Source of the DNA: the human T2T-CHM13v2.0 reference genome, Homo sapiens
NCBI RefSeq assembly: GCF_009914755.1
Contig: NC_060932.1
Length of the DNA: 64,000 nt
Strand: one strand, 5' to 3'
Of the stretch, positions 10,707-25,075 are shown one piece after another. Positions within the stretch are counted from its first letter, which is position 1, and each line of letters begins with the position of its first letter. A model generated the notes under the pieces. That model was not told the DNA's origin, searched no databases, and worked only from the letters and a program-made list of their open reading frames with translations. Made by a program: the position numbers and the translations under genes.

Positions 10707-13589
10707 CTCAGCTACTTCCATTCCTCTCTGCTCTGTACAGATCTTTGAAGCTGAAGGAACGTCCTCTTGTGGAGCTACAATCTATTAATAGAAACATCTG
10801 CAAAAATGTCTATCTCAAAATGTTTGTCAATGCCTCCAGTTGCCTGGGGGAAACTCTTCCTTGTCTAGGGTGGATGGGGTTCATAGCTTCCTACTGGATA
10901 CCTCTCAGGGGAGCCACTTGGCCAACAGGAATCTTCCTTCTCTGGCGAATACTACATACCCCAAGCTATTGTTTATTGACGGTTGGGGGCAGGGGGTAGA
11001 CAAAAGACTCAGGCTGATGCAGTACAATTCTCTCTTCCAAGACTTTGAAATTTGGGAGACAGACATAAAAACTAGAAATAGTTGGAATCTAGTCCCTTTA
11101 ATGATACCAATTTGTATAGAAGTCCTTTGAACTCATCTTGCAAGTTTCCAAAACTGGTTGTTCAAGTCTTTCCGTTATATCACATTAACTTCCAAACATT
11201 CCATTTTTGGCTTAAACTAGCAAAATTTGGGGGGTTTTTTCTCCCCAAAATCAGGATAGGAAAATTTAAAAAACAAAAAATGTTAGGGAAATGGTGTCCA
11301 GAAGACTTACCTAGAAGCTCCTCCTTTATTCTTTGTGTTTGTTTGTTTCTTGTTATCAACTATTCCCTTGACTTTAGTTGTCTTGATGAGGTTTTGCTGT
11401 GTAACTGTTTATTCCCCAATAAGTGGGCATTATAGAGAGACTGTCTGCTGTGACTAGAGATCTCGTGAATAGTTTCTGGAGGGTTTTTGTGGGTGGACTT
11501 TGAGAACCTCTGAGCTAGGGCTATGATTTACCTGGTTCATGTTAAGGGAATGAACCTGTATTGTCCAAATCATGAGAACACTCTGTCTTAGCAACAGAGC
11601 AGTAACTTGAGCCTAAACAAAATGCTTTGCTCAACTTATGTTTCCCACCTTTTGCCACATCCATCAGCATTTAAGTCCCATCAGCTGATTGACACAGTTT
11701 CATTTCCTTCTTAAGAGATCACAGTCACATGAGAGCCTTGGTACCAGATGTAGACAGGGAGGCTCAAATTAGATCTCAGAGCCAGAGTTGACAGCCATCA
11801 TTGTGCATGAGGATTATTTTAGAAGGAGACACAAGCCAAATATTTATCAGCTAATAATGGCTGGGGCCAGTCTCCTCCCAGCCTCAGGAGGAGAGAGAGC
11901 AGTGCTGTCACTTTGAAGATGCAACACTGATGGCTGCACTTCTGGGCTCTGACTCCAGGACAGACAAAAGCCAGTGCCTCCCAGCTAATAACCAAGCAGC
12001 CACCACAGTGGAGAAGTGCTGGCAACCTGAGGCCCCGATAAACATGGTCCATGGGGCTGTGCAAGAATCAAAAGCACAACACCTAGTACCCCATATTCAT
12101 GGGGGAGAAGAGTGGGAGAGGGGAGCACAAAAAGAGAAACAATCTGAAAAATTAGCTTAGAGAGGAAGGAATATGGAGGACTGCAGGGTCTCACAACACC
12201 ATTCGCAGATGGATTGGGCATCGAACATTCTTTGCAGACTGGGGTAAATGTACAGAATAGAGTACCACGGAGGGCTGGCCAGGGAGGGGGCTGACCCCTC
12301 TGACCATGTGCTTCCCTGTCTCTTCCCCACTAAGGTGGGCATTGTAGGGTATAGACAGCCATGCCCCATGTCCTAATGGGAGAGTGGAACAAGACCCAGA
12401 GGGCATGCAGGACGGATGTGGTAAGTTTCATGTGCGTGCGTGTCAATCCTAAGTGACAAGGGATCTTATCTTCTCTGCTCCTTCCTATCAACCCTTTGTC
12501 TCACCAGATGCTCAAACTTCCCTTCTCTAAACTGCAGGTCCCAGTTTTCACCTTCAGTAGCTGGTGACATTAGCTGCTGGGAAGTCCACCAAAGCCAGGA
12601 ATTCCTCCACCCCTTCCTCACAGGGGGATTTGGAGACAGGAAGCAAAGGAATCCATGTGTCTTGGGCAGCCCTCCCCACACCACCTGGAAATGCTGGCGC
12701 CTCCCCAAAGGGCTGCCTTTCCAAGAGCCAAGGAAATCCCAAAAGCTGTGGCTTCAGGCCACAAACAAGGCAGGAGATCTGGCTCTCCTCCCTCTGTCAC
12801 TGGCTGAAATGCCCACCCGTGGCCTTGGGACTGCCTAAGCCAGGCTCGGAAGCGACCCTGAGCATCCCCCAGAGCACTCCTTCACCCACCTGCTTCCCTG
12901 CAGAGCAACCCTACTGACAAGGGACTCTTTCCTTCTCGCCCCCTGGAAGCAGCCAGGCCGTGCAAGGACGGGCACCCCAGCAAGGGGGGCTCAGGATCCG
13001 AGCCAGTCAAGTGCAGACAATCTCGGGAGACAGATGGCCAGGCGGATGGGCCGGCAGATAGAGGCTCCTGCTCCTTGTCAAGATGACACTCAAAAGTACA
13101 TCCCCGTCATCGCGGGTTGTCAGTGGTGTGTCAGCGCGAGATGCCGTGTGTGTTTTTGGGCACTCTGTGAGTTTGGAAGGCTGAGCTGGTTCCCACTTCC
13201 ATAGCAACGACAAAATTCCAGCCCCAGACGCAAGTCTCTGAGTTAGTGTCAGACATGGGTGGGGGGGCAGCAGGCAGAGAGGGGTGTCACTCCCAGCAGA
13301 GAGCAGCGCCGGAGTGGCGAGCATGGGCAGGAGGCAGTTTTCTGGAAGTCTGTGGGGAGACCGTGTGTGGGCACAGAGTAACAGAAGGCAGGAGCTAATG
13401 GCTGAGCTAACGGGAAATGCAATCTGTCGGTTTGAGTAAGCTGGGGAGTCGGGGTTTCCTGAGCCCTGGTACCTTCCAAGACCCCTGAAGGGACCTCTGG
13501 GTGTTTAGAAGAAAATCCAGGTGGGTTCAAACTTTGTGAAGTCTGGAGTAACTGATGTGATGTTCTCATGGAATGGAATATGGAAGGGG

Positions 13590-13651
13590 AAAAACATAAT
13601 CTCCAAAGCTAGTAATAAGAAAAAACATAATCTCCAAAGCTAGTAATAAGA
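13590..13651. repeat. Perfect 31-bp tandem duplication
   Basis: aaaaacataatctccaaagctagtaataaga at 13590-13620 and 13621-13651. Confidence 0.95.
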
Positions 13652-13864
13652 CACACACAAATTACCAGATAGATTTGTCCCTCCTTGACTGAGGGAGGTA
13701 AATTTCTCCTGACTCTCTGAAAATAAGTTCATTCACTTGTGAATGGCTGAGATGTTGTATATCTAGAGAAAGAAGATTGGGGTAACGGCCCTTTCCCAAT
13801 TTCTACTTCTCCTGTCCCTCTTTCTCTGGTCAATCACGAAATCTCTGAATCTTGGCATTGAATA

Positions 13865-13972
13865 GATTAGAGAGCCTCTTTCTAGGCTCAGTTCTGTCGA
13901 CCACTAGCTATGCAATCCAAGTTAAGCTACTTTCTCTCCCCAGGCATCTGTTTCCTCCTCTGTAAAGCGAAG
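13865..13972 (+). mobile_element. MIR fragment
   Basis: ctagctatgcaatccaagttaagctac...tctgtttcctcctctgtaaa. Confidence 0.55.
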
Positions 13973-14074
13973 AAGCCCTGGGCTGGGAGGATGACTTGCT
14001 ACATGAACTTGAACATGGGAGTGATAGCAAGGGATCTGCTCCAGTCACTGAAAGATCAAGCTGTCCATAGTCCT

Positions 14075-14534
14075 TGGGGTAGGCTGAATAATGGCCCACA
14101 TCCTGAAGATGTTCATGTTCTAATCTCCACAACCTTACATGGCAAAAAGAACTTTGCAGGTGTGATTAAATTAAAGGTCTTGAGATGGGGAGATAAGCCT
14201 GCTTTATCCAGGAGAGCCCAGTGTAATCACAAGAGTCTTTGTAAGTAAAAGAAGGAAGCATGAGAAGCAGAGGCACAGAAGTTATGATGATCAAAGCAGA
14301 GGTTGGAGTAACAGCATTACCAAGCAAAAAATATTGAGAAGCCAATATGACCTGGAAAAAGCAAGGAAGCTACTTCCCTGGAGCCTCCATAGGGATCACA
14401 GTCTTGCAAACACATTGATTTTAGCCCAGCGAGATGCATTTTGGACTTCTACCCTTGAGAACTGTAAGATGATAAATCCGTGTTGTTTTAAGCCATTATG
14501 TTTGTGGTTATAGCAGCAATAAGAAACTAACACA
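14075..14534 (+). mobile_element. MLT1C/D (MaLR) solo LTR
   Basis: ggtaggctgaataatggccc...ttacatggcaaaaagaactttgcaggtgtgattaa...gaactgtaagatgataaat..gtgttgttttaagcca...agaaactaacaca. Confidence 0.9.
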
Positions 14535-15039
14535 TTCCCCTGCAACACAGCCTGGCCTGAAAACCTTCCTCTCCTGGCCTTGTTTAAATACTGTGGGTGA
14601 AGGAATGTGCTAAGTCGGGTGGAGTTCTTTGCATTTCTCCAGAGCTTCTAGCAATGCATTGGGCACATAGGAGTCATTAAGTTGGTATTTGTCTGTTTGG
14701 TTTGATTTGGCAATAAGAGACAAAAATGGTTTGGTGGTCTGGCATTGCCAAAGCTCTTGAGCAAGCATAAGAGTGAACTCAAGCATAAGAGGCCACTTGG
14801 TAGTGAGCTCCCGCTTGTTTAAGGTGTTCATCTTGGAATAGGGTGAGAGGCTATTCTCCACCTTGTTGTTCATGTGTCATAAGCATCCAGGAAGCCCCCA
14901 AGGCCACCTCGGCTGCATTGACTACAGCTCTCGGAGCCCTTCCCAGAGCCCTTCCTTGTTAAATAGAAAGGGTGACTCTCCTTGCAGTAGCTCATGGAGA
15001 CAAGTTAAACAGTAGAGAAGTTGAAAAATCAGAGAACAT

Positions 15040-15295
15040 TACTCAATCAACATTCTTCCAGCAAATATTTCATGAGCCCTGTGCTAGATTCTGGGGATAG
15101 CAAAATGAATAAAACAGCCCTGTCACTCAAGGATATCACAGGCTATCAAAGTGCACAATAAAAAAATCAAGTAATTAGGAGGCAAGATTTTATATACAAA
15201 GAGCTTGTGGGGGTGAGAGAAGTGACATTTGGGCTGGGCTTGAGGAAGGATTCCTCTATCTAGAGAATCAGAGCAAATAAATTTCCAGACAGAAA
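15040..15295 (-). mobile_element. L2 3' part, interrupted by the following L1
   Basis: cattcttccagcaaatattt...gagccctgtgctagattctggggatagc, antisense L2 tail; L2-like sequence resumes at about 17600-18020. Confidence 0.65.
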
Positions 15296-15329
15296 GAAAA
15301 AACTAAGTAAATCATTTGTAGTATAAAAG

Positions 15330-17569
15330 TACACTAGAGCATTCAGAAAACTAGGAATAAAAGGAATTTCCTCAACATAATAAAGGGCATTTATGAAATA
15401 AAAATACAGCTACCGTCATACTTAATAGTTAAAGACTGAAATATTTCCCCCAAAATCAAGAACAAGACAAGGATGTTGGCTTTCCCCGCTGCTGTTTAAA
15501 ATTGCACTAAAAGTTCTAGCCAAAATAATTAGACAAGAAAAGAAATAAATGGCATCCAAATTGGATAGGAATAATTAAAACAACTTCTATTCGCAGATGA
15601 CATAAACCTAGATGGAGAAAATTCCAAGACTCCACAAGAAAGCCAGTAGGGCTAATAAAATAAACTCAGCAAAGTTGCAGATTACAAGGGCAGCACACAA
15701 AAATGAGTCGCATTACCATACACTAACAATGAATAATCCAGAAGGGAAATACAGACAGTAATTCCATTTATAATGGCATCTAAAAGAATCAAATATGCAG
15801 GAATAAATTTGGCTAAGGGAGTAAAAGATTTCTACACTGAAAACTACAAAACATTACTGAAAGAAATTAAAGAAGTCCTAAAAAAATGGAAATAGATCCT
15901 ATGTTCATGGAATGGAAATCTAATATTGTTAAGATGTCATTACTACTCAAAGTGATCTGTGGATTCAATGTAATACCTAGTAAAATCTCAACAGCTTTTT
16001 TTGTCAGAAATGGAAAAGTCAGTCCTCAAATTCATATGACATTGTAAAAGGCCCTGAATGCCCAAAATAATCCTCAAAAAGAAGAATCAGTTTGGAAGAT
16101 TCACACTTCCCAATTACAAAACTCATTATAAAGCTACAATAATCAAAACAGTGTGGTAGTGGCAAGAAGATAGACATATTAACTAATGAAGTAGAATTAA
16201 GAGTTCAGAGATAGACCTACACATCTATCGCCAATTGAATTTTGACAAGGTTTCTGGGTCCATTTGATGGGGAAAGAATAGTCTCTTCAACAGATGGTGC
16301 TAGGACAGCTGGATTTCCACAGGCAGAGGAGAATGCAATTGTACACTGCATTCTCATATCATATGCAAAAATCTCATAAGATATGCAAAAATTAACTTAA
16401 AATGGATAAACAACCTAAATTTGGGAGCTAAAACTATACAAGGTTTAGAAGAAATCATATGGGCACATCTTCATGATCTCAGTTTTGGTAATAGAGTCTT
16501 AGATATGACACCAAAAGCATGAACAACTAAAGAAAAAATAGATAAATTGAATTTCCTCAAAGTTAAAAACTTTTGTGCATCAAAGGATACTACCAAGAAA
16601 GTGAAAAGGCAACCTAAAAATGGGAGAAACTATGCTCAAATTTTTATATTTAAGAAGGATTTAATAGTCAGAAGATATAAAGAACACTTACAATTCAACA
16701 ACAAGAAGAACGACTATCCAATTAAAAAGTGGGCAAAAGACTTGAATAGACATTTCTTCAAAGAAGATATAAAAATGGCCAGTAAGCACATCAAAAGTTG
16801 TTCAACATCATTAGTCATTAGGAAAATCAATATCAAAATCAATGGCCTAGATACCATTACACATTTACTAGAATGGCTATAATTTTTAAAAAGTGAAATA
16901 TAACAAGTGTTGATGAGGTAGTGGAGAAATTGGAACCCTTATACATTGTTGTTAGGGATGTAAAATGATGCATCTGTTATCCAAAACAGGTTGGTGGTTC
17001 CTCAAAGTTAATCACAGAATTACCATATGACCCAGCAATTTGACTTCTAGCTACATACCCAAAAGAATGAAAAACAGGCATTCAAACAGATATTTATACA
17101 CCAGTGTTCATTGCAGCATGATTCACAAGCCAAAAGGTAGAAACAACCCAAGAGTCTATCAACAGATGATTGTATAAACAAAAAATGGTATATCCACAAT
17201 AGTGGAATATTATTTAGCCATAAAAAGAATGAATTTCTGGTACATGCTACAACATGGACAAATTATGAAAACATTATTCCAAGTGAAATAAGCCAGAAAC
17301 AAAAAGACAAATATTGTATGATTGTACTTAAATGAAATATCTCTAACAGGCAAATTCATAGAGAGAAAAAGGAGAGATTACCACAGCCTGAAGATATTAT
17401 TGCTTCATAGGTACAGAGTTTCTGTTTGGGCTGATGAAAAAGTTTTAGAAATAGATAGTGGTGAAGATAATGCAACATTAGGAATATAATTAATACCATT
17501 GAATTTAAAAATGATCAAAATGAATGGAAATTATTATGTTATATATTTACTGTGATTAAAAAAAAAAAA
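15330..17569 (+). mobile_element. L1MB-type LINE, ORF2 3' half plus 3' UTR (~2.2 kb)
   Basis: ORF 16547..16882 is ORF2p-like (KVKNFCASKDTTKKVKRQP...[13 protein letters not shown]); 3' UTR ggtacagagtttctgtttgggctgatgaaaaagttttagaaatagatagtggtg; A tail ending 17569. Confidence 0.92.
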
Positions 17570-17599
17570 CTGAGAAAAAATATATTGGATTTGGGGGCA

Positions 17600-18020
17600 G
17601 AAGGCAGAAGTAAAAGAAGTATATGACCTGGAAGAGCCAAGTGTATGCTTCGTGGGGATATGGAAAGAGATGGATGGCCCAGTCAGGCTGAGGTCAAATT
17701 GTGAATAAGTCTAAGAGCCCTGCTAGAGAATCTGGACTTCTAGAGGGTGCAATGCATTTAACTGTTGTTGTGTTGTTGCTTTTATTTTAGCTTGGAGAAC
17801 TGGTTGACTTGTAGAGGAGTAACAGGCCTAGAGATCACCACACGGCAGTTACAAAAGCACAGATAAGAAACCTCAAGAGCCTAATGTATGGCAGTGGTGA
17901 CGGGGCAGAGGGAAAGGAGGGCTGTGAGAGGGTAGCAGAGGCTGAATCCTTATGGTTTGTGGCACAAGAGAAGGATGAGGAAGGGCAAGGAGTTGAGGAT
18001 GACTCTACATGATTCCAGTC
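17600..18020 (-). mobile_element. L2 continuation
   Basis: Degenerate antisense L2 (gagccctgctagagaatctggactt...gagttgaggatgactc). Confidence 0.5.
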
Positions 18021-20106
18021 CACTGCCTTGCTCTTACTTCAACATGCCTGTGGCTTAGAGAGATTGGGTGGCTGGAACAACCACAAATGGCTAATGAGAC
18101 GCAGAACTAAGGATCAAATCCAGGTTTCCCGACTCTCAGCGTCTTTTGCTCTTACAGAGTCTTGTAATTAAAGTTTTAATTTTATTTTAAACCCCTGCAT
18201 ACAATTCAATCAGTTTGGGGCTGTGGAGGTCCTTTGGTTTTCTGCCTGACCTTATTTTTCTGTTTCTGACTCCTCCAAGCCACTGCATTCCATGGGGCCA
18301 CTTGCTTGGGGAAGGGGATTGTTCCCAGCTCAGCTGCAGCTCTAAAATGTCTCCTTTTCCCTTGACCGTTTGTTATCTTGCTTGTGGACTTCCTATTTCC
18401 CCTATCCAGAAGAGAAGAGTGAGCTTAGCTGGGTCCAGGAAAAGTATGTAGATGGTTGTAAATTAATTTCCATGGTTTCATCATTATTAATCTTGTCTGG
18501 GTACATGATTAGAGGCCAATGACATACTAATTAGTCACTGTAATTAGCAAATGTCAGAGAGGGTCCAGGGGCTCCATGGGTTAGACACAAGGGGTTGCCT
18601 TTGATAGTGGGGTCATTCAAGGCCAGCCTGCCTCCTGTCACATCCATCTTTATTTGGCTCATTATCCTACCCAAGACATATTGTATATGTCTTATAAGTT
18701 TGCCTCCTTCTCAATGTAAAGAATTTCCTTATGTTTATTATTTGTAAATGAAAACATCAAATAATTTGATAGGGGATGAGTTAAATAGTGGAAAAGAAAA
18801 TAGTAAGAGGGCAGAGCTTGTAGGGAGTCCAGAAGGCAGGAAAATTGAATCCATATCTCAGCCATGCCCAGGCTGGTGTGCAGCCTCAGGCAATTCACAT
18901 CACGTGCCCATCAAAGCAAGGCCTGTTTGCTGGATCTGGAAGTGGGAAAGTGAGCTTCTCTCCAGCGGTTGCTACTTGCTGCCATCTGAGCCATCATTGT
19001 CTCACAGACCCGGCAAGATTACCCAGTACAGCCCCATCTAAAGCAATTGTATACTTTCCAGTGAAGCTAATTCATTAAATATACAAGTCATTGTGACTTC
19101 ATTTTTATTCCCCTGCAAGAATTTTTCTTGCAAATAAATATCCAACACAGAAAAATAAAATTGCCAAACTATGCGCCCTGTTTTGTGTGTTTAGGAAAGA
19201 AATCCACCGATCATTATAGTTAGATTCTCCTTGACAGTAGTGCATGAGAGGTGGAAATAGGTGAACTCCAGGCCTGCCGCGACCATCAACTCCAGGGAAC
19301 CCCTCCTTCATGTAGATGCTTCTTCTGCAAAGAGGCCGTGCTAAGCCCGCTGATTATAACTTTCCTGCAACACCAAATCCAGCACTGCAAAAGAATCTAG
19401 AAAAATCTAGCAGCCTGACAGCCTTGCATTATGTCTTAAAACACCAAAATGAACTCTCTTGAACTATGACTGTCTCCTCAGCATTTTTTTGCCATGTTCA
19501 TGCAAGCATACCGAGACCCACTTTCAATGGTGGCCAGGAAAGAGAACATTCCCCTTCCCTCTTTAAATAGTTCTCCCAACCCGTCTGGTCTTGAGTACCT
19601 CCCTCATACACGGCCATGCTATTTCAAGAACACTGTTCCAGAGGGAAGAATACCCAATGATTATCAGTCACATGCCCGTAGCCACTAGCCAGTGGGTGAT
19701 GCCTTCCTCATTGGGATAAAGCCAATGCTTTACTCAGAGATTTTTTTCTCATCAGTGCATCGTGTGATGAAAACATCAGGAATATCCATGCTTGGGTCTT
19801 CATGTATTATCACTGGTCCCATTACCCTAGCTGTCATCTCATATTGCTGACAGTAGTTGCTTTTTAAGTGATACTTCCCTTTTCTTCTCTATAATGAACC
19901 TACCAAATCATGATAGTCTGGCTTGTTTGATGACAGTGGATAGATTCCTGCAGCACAAACCATTGGCCTACAGCGTACTTACAGGGCCAGTGGTGACGAG
20001 TTTGCTACTCCAGGCAGGATTCTCACCTTCGCTCCATTCTACTTTCACCCCTTTGCCAGTCAAATCCTCTCACCAGCCCCCAGGTCCTTGATTAAATAAG
20101 GCTTTT

Positions 20107-20473
<367 letters not shown>

Positions 20474-20634
20474 TCACATTCTAAGCCTCAGGTTGATGCC
20501 AATTTCCCAGACCCAGAAATCTTCCTCCACATGCCTTTCCCTAGGATTAGAAACCAGTTCAACCCTTCATTCTACCACTCTCACACCTTTGGTTATATCT
20601 TCTCATTGCTCCTGTCAGCAATGTAATAAAGTTC

Positions 20635-20900
20635 CTTCTTGTCTATCATGACATCTTTGCCTTGAATTATAATATGTCAGATACTAAGATTGCTAGCCAG
20701 CTTTCTTTTTGTTTATATTTACCTGGAATATCTTTTTCTACCTATCCTTTTTTTTCATCCCTCTTGTAGCATTGCAGTGTGTCTCTTGTAGACAGCATAT
20801 TGTTGATCTTTTAAATTCCAGTATGAGAATGTGTTTTTTTTTAATTGTGGTAAAATGCATAACATTCTTTATATCTAATATTTTCCCTTGGTTCCTTTTT
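20635..20900 (-). mobile_element. Ancient L1M ORF2 (endonuclease region) fragment
   Basis: tgtcagatactaagattgctagccagctttctttttg...gtgtgtctcttgtagacagcata. Confidence 0.6.
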
Positions 20901-21357
20901 ATGATTCTGCTTTGTAGTGCATTTTGCTAATATTTTCCTTTATCTATTGGATCTTTATTTTGCTTATGTTAAATTCCTGGCCAATCTGTTACTAGTAATT
21001 CTGCTTTAGTTGATAGGCCCAATTCGGCTTGCTGTCTTTCCTTTTCATTGGTTGTGTTCTCAGCTGTTTTATTGTTGTAGCCTGCAAGCTCATTTTCTTA
21101 TGGGGATTTCAGCTGCTTAGTTTTTCTAGTAATGGATACTTGTGAAGTGTCAAAGGCCAGGCTGTATTGTGTGTTCCACTCAGCCCATGCTTACTGCCAT
21201 CTCTTCTCCCCATCTGGGCTTTGGCGCTGTCCTGAAAGAATCACAGATTAATTGGGACAGGCGATGAGGACTTAGGCAATATGCAATGTAGGCAAGAGCA
21301 GATATTAAGACATTCCCCACTCTCCTCTATTCCCCATCCCAGGCTTCAACCACTGCC

Positions 21358-21485
21358 TCCACATACAACACACACAAACACACACATGCATGCATGGATA
21401 CACACACATGCACACACATAAACGCATGTACACACACACAAACACCTGCACACATTGCACACATGTTCACACACATATACACACC
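21358..21485. repeat. Degenerate (CA)n/CATG simple repeat
   Basis: cacatacaacacacacaaacacacacatgcatgcatgg... Confidence 0.85.
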
Positions 21486-22294
21486 AGTTCCCCACAGCCT
21501 CTCATATCCTTGGGAACTTTCCCTAGTTCTTGTATGATCATTATTCCTCCAATTCACGTGTCACCGTAAAATGTTAGTTTACCATCTTCATAGGAATATC
21601 CAGTGGTTTCTTGAGCCTGAAGGCTACTTAGCATTGACTGGGAGACAATCACATTTTTGAGAACTTTATATCCCTGAATGGAAATCTTTAGAGATTGTCC
21701 ATGTGAATGTGCAGCTTGGATGCTAGTTGTATTGGTGTCAAAACACAAAACACAGACGCTCATGTGGACTCTTATGTGTGAAGTTCTCAAAGGCCAGGAT
21801 GTCTCCTTTTTTTTTTTTTCATTTATAAGGTACATTCCTGGATGACCTTACATGGTCCTCACATTAACCTTCTGAGATAAGCAAGACCAGAAATATAGTC
21901 CTCCTCTTATTTGAAAGGTAACTGAAGCCAAAAGAAATAGAGATATTGAATGAAGGTTATATAAGCACAGCCGGTTTGTGGTCTTTGCACTGATTTACAG
22001 CCACTGTGGATGATAATTAAAGAGGCCACTTCTAGCTTAGGAAGTTAATTTACCGGTACCAGCCATGTGGGAGGGGCCTCATAAAAGCTGCACAGGTGCT
22101 CCCCACCTGCCTCAGAGCATAAGTCTAGATCAAGAAAGAATTATCCAACATCACCACAAAAGTCTGGGTTTTGCAAATGTCTTACTGATTATCATCTTAT
22201 TAAATAGTTCTCCAGTTAGCAGGAGATTGATGATCTACAGACTGGTGGTTTGGATGATGGAGAAAGGAGGTGTGTCAGGACTGTTGAGAGTGAA

Positions 22295-23172
22295 AGACCC
22301 TCTTTTCCTCTTTTCCATAAATGACAGCACCATTATCCCAGTTGCTCAGGCCAAAACCTTTGGATCATCCTTGAGTCTTCTCTTTTTGCCATACCCTAGT
22401 GTAATGGACACAATCCATCAGCAAACTCTGTCAGTTCTACCTTCTGCAAATATCCAGCATCTGACTCCCCCTGATGCCCCAACCAACCTGGCCCAAGCAC
22501 TTCCCCTGGATTTTGTAATTGGCTCTATTCCTGTATTATCATCTCTTATCAACACAGCAATCAGAGAGATCATTTTAAAACAGAAGTCAGATTGTGTCAT
22601 TAGCCAGATAAAAACTTGCCAGTGGCTTCCTATCTCATGCAGAACAAGAAGCCAAATTGCTAACCAGAGGCTATAAAGCTCTACCTGCCCCCACCCCCGT
22701 CACTAAGTTCTCTAATCTGTCTGCCACCTTCTCCCTCATGTGCTCCACTGCAGACACTGACCCCAGTGCTAAACCTCACACATGCCTGCAGCCACCTACA
22801 GTTCTCACCTGTTGTTCAGCCTGCTGGACACATTCTTCCCCAGACATCTGAGTGGCTTGCTCCTTCCCTTCCTCTAGGTAAGTGCCTACCCAGATATCAC
22901 CTTATTAGACAGGCCTTCAGTGACCACCCTAAAAAATTAGCAGTACCCCTCCACTCCCTATCTTCCTTACTCTGATTTATTTTTGCCATAACTGTATCAT
23001 ATATCATCTGATATATTTACTATTTATGCTTATTATCTGTCTTCCCATACTAAAATCTAAGCTCTAAGAAGGCAAAGGGTTTTTGAAATTTTTGTTCCCT
23101 GCTATATCCCAGTCTCTGGAAGTGTGTCTATCACATATTAGTCACCCAATAAATAGTTGTTGAATGAATGGA
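22295..23172 (+). mobile_element. L2a LINE 3' ~880 bp
   Basis: cccagttgctcaggccaaaacc...atccatcagcaaa...ends cccaataaatagttgttgaatgaatg; accounts for most of ORF 22065..22676. Confidence 0.88.
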
Positions 23173-24289
23173 GGCATAAATAAATGAAATTCTGAGAGGG
23201 TACAATCTAGAAACAGGTTTTGTAGCTACCTTGAATGTCATTGCCTTGCATGCTACACTAAATCATAGCCTAACATTGATCCTGTACAGAAGGACGACAG
23301 GGAAGGGGAAAGAAGCCAGAACCAGCACAAGAGAATTACAAAGGGCACAACCTCTACACATTTGCAAACAGATGTAATCCCTCTCCTAATTCCTTTATAC
23401 CTTTTCTCAAGTTTGACTCAAAATGCCCTCATTTTTATTCCATTCTTTGGTTTTATCCCCTTTGTCACTATCTGAGCAATTCAGCTCTAGTGCACACTCT
23501 AACCCAACCAGAAGATCTTATGAATCTTTAGACCCTAGAAGTTTCTGAATCCATGGACAACTTTCCACCTCAGAAAGCCTGACAGTCACCAAGTTAACAG
23601 CACAGTCTCCTTTTGAATTGTTTATTAAGCAGACTCTATGTTCACCCTCCCAGGGAAAGGATATGCCAAGTGCCAGAAATATCAGCCATTTGCCACGCTA
23701 TCCAGAAAAGCAGGCAATGGCTGATAGCTTTCCTAGGAAAAAGATAATAGAAAATCAGTATCAATTTCTCATAGACTGCAATGGGTATATTAGCAGGAAA
23801 AAAATGGGACAAACAAATGAATGACAGCATCAAATGCAAATCGCTTCGTCCACATGAAATGTGGGTCTCCACTTCCACAAGCATGGACTGTGCCCACCAG
23901 GATCACAGGAAGCAACTTCACTTCAGTGTAACCCAGCAGTGGTTTTGAAGTGAGCTGGTACCACTCAACAGTAAGAAATTCTGCCAGTATGTTCTTGCCT
24001 TCAAGTTCCATATAGTTTCATGGCATCTTGTGGCTGTTAAAAAGGTGACCCAACTTCTACAGTTGTTGGACAGCTATCTCTGTCTAAGATGCTTTTCACA
24101 TTTTCAAAGAACAAGAACCTTTCCTCCAACTAAGTTTTTTTCTAAAAGCACAGGCAACAGTTGAGGGGAAAGGGAATCTAAAGAAGAGCGTGTAGATTTC
24201 TATCTATTTTTCTAAGGAAGAAATCAACATGGTAAATAAAGTGGAATAAGTATATTCTAAGTATCCATCGTATTGATGTAACACATTAC

Positions 24290-24470
24290 AAATCATGAGG
24301 CAGTTTTTACATGCGTTATTTCATTGATATACATATAAGCTAAGTAAGGTAGGAAGATATAATTATATTCATGTTATAGATAAGGCAATTGAGGCTAAGA
24401 AAGAATAATTAATTTGACTACATTCACATAACTGGCTTAGAATGCAAATCAAGACTCCAGTGTAGTCTTG
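24290..24470 (-). mobile_element. MIR fragment
   Basis: ttatagataaggcaattgaggctaaga core. Confidence 0.6.
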
Positions 24471-24884
24471 AGATGTTAAGTACATTGTTCTTCTCACCAT
24501 GTGTAGCTGTGCCTCCATTCAACACCACTTTAAGACAATACATTTTCTGTTTAAACACATTATAAGATGGTCTTTAACAATGCAATATAGATGGGACATT
24601 AGCTGAAAGCTTGCAGAATTTAGATGCAAATTGCATATTAGTGTCAAATCAGCTTGCCACAGGGACTTCTCACCAGGCGAGTCTGGTGACAGGGCCTGTT
24701 TTCTCCTTCCCTTTGCAGAGTCAGTCTCTCCATTCTTCAGGAAGAGCCTTGGTGGGTACAGAGAGAGGCCTGAGTGCCAGGCAGCACCGTTGCAAAACCA
24801 AGAGGATCAAAAAACTCAGTGAAACCTACAGAACAACTTTGGGGGCTGGGACAAATTGGTCACATTGCAGTGCCTGTGTCAGGC

Positions 24885-25075
24885 TGGCCTGTGATGAAGT
24901 CCACCCTTGTCAGTTGTTCACTACCTGGCCTTAACAAGCTGTCTGACTCTTCTGAGCCTCAGTTTGCTGAGTTGCAAATGGGAGTATAATTTTGCCTTAT
25001 CTCAAAAGTGTATTGTGATGCTTAAGTGATAGCACTAGGCATCGGTTCTAGAACATAGATGGTGCTGGAGACTTA
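24885..25075 (+). mobile_element. MIR fragment
   Basis: ctcttctgagcctcagtttgctgagttgcaaatggga. Confidence 0.6.

Noticed and set aside
10870-11240. Possible ancient ERVL LTR (LTR16/LTR33-like)
   Set aside because: Only the ttttggcttaaactagc end motif is suggestive; too decayed to call without a Dfam search.
22065-22676. 203-aa ORF
   Set aside because: Mostly read-through of decayed L2a sequence.
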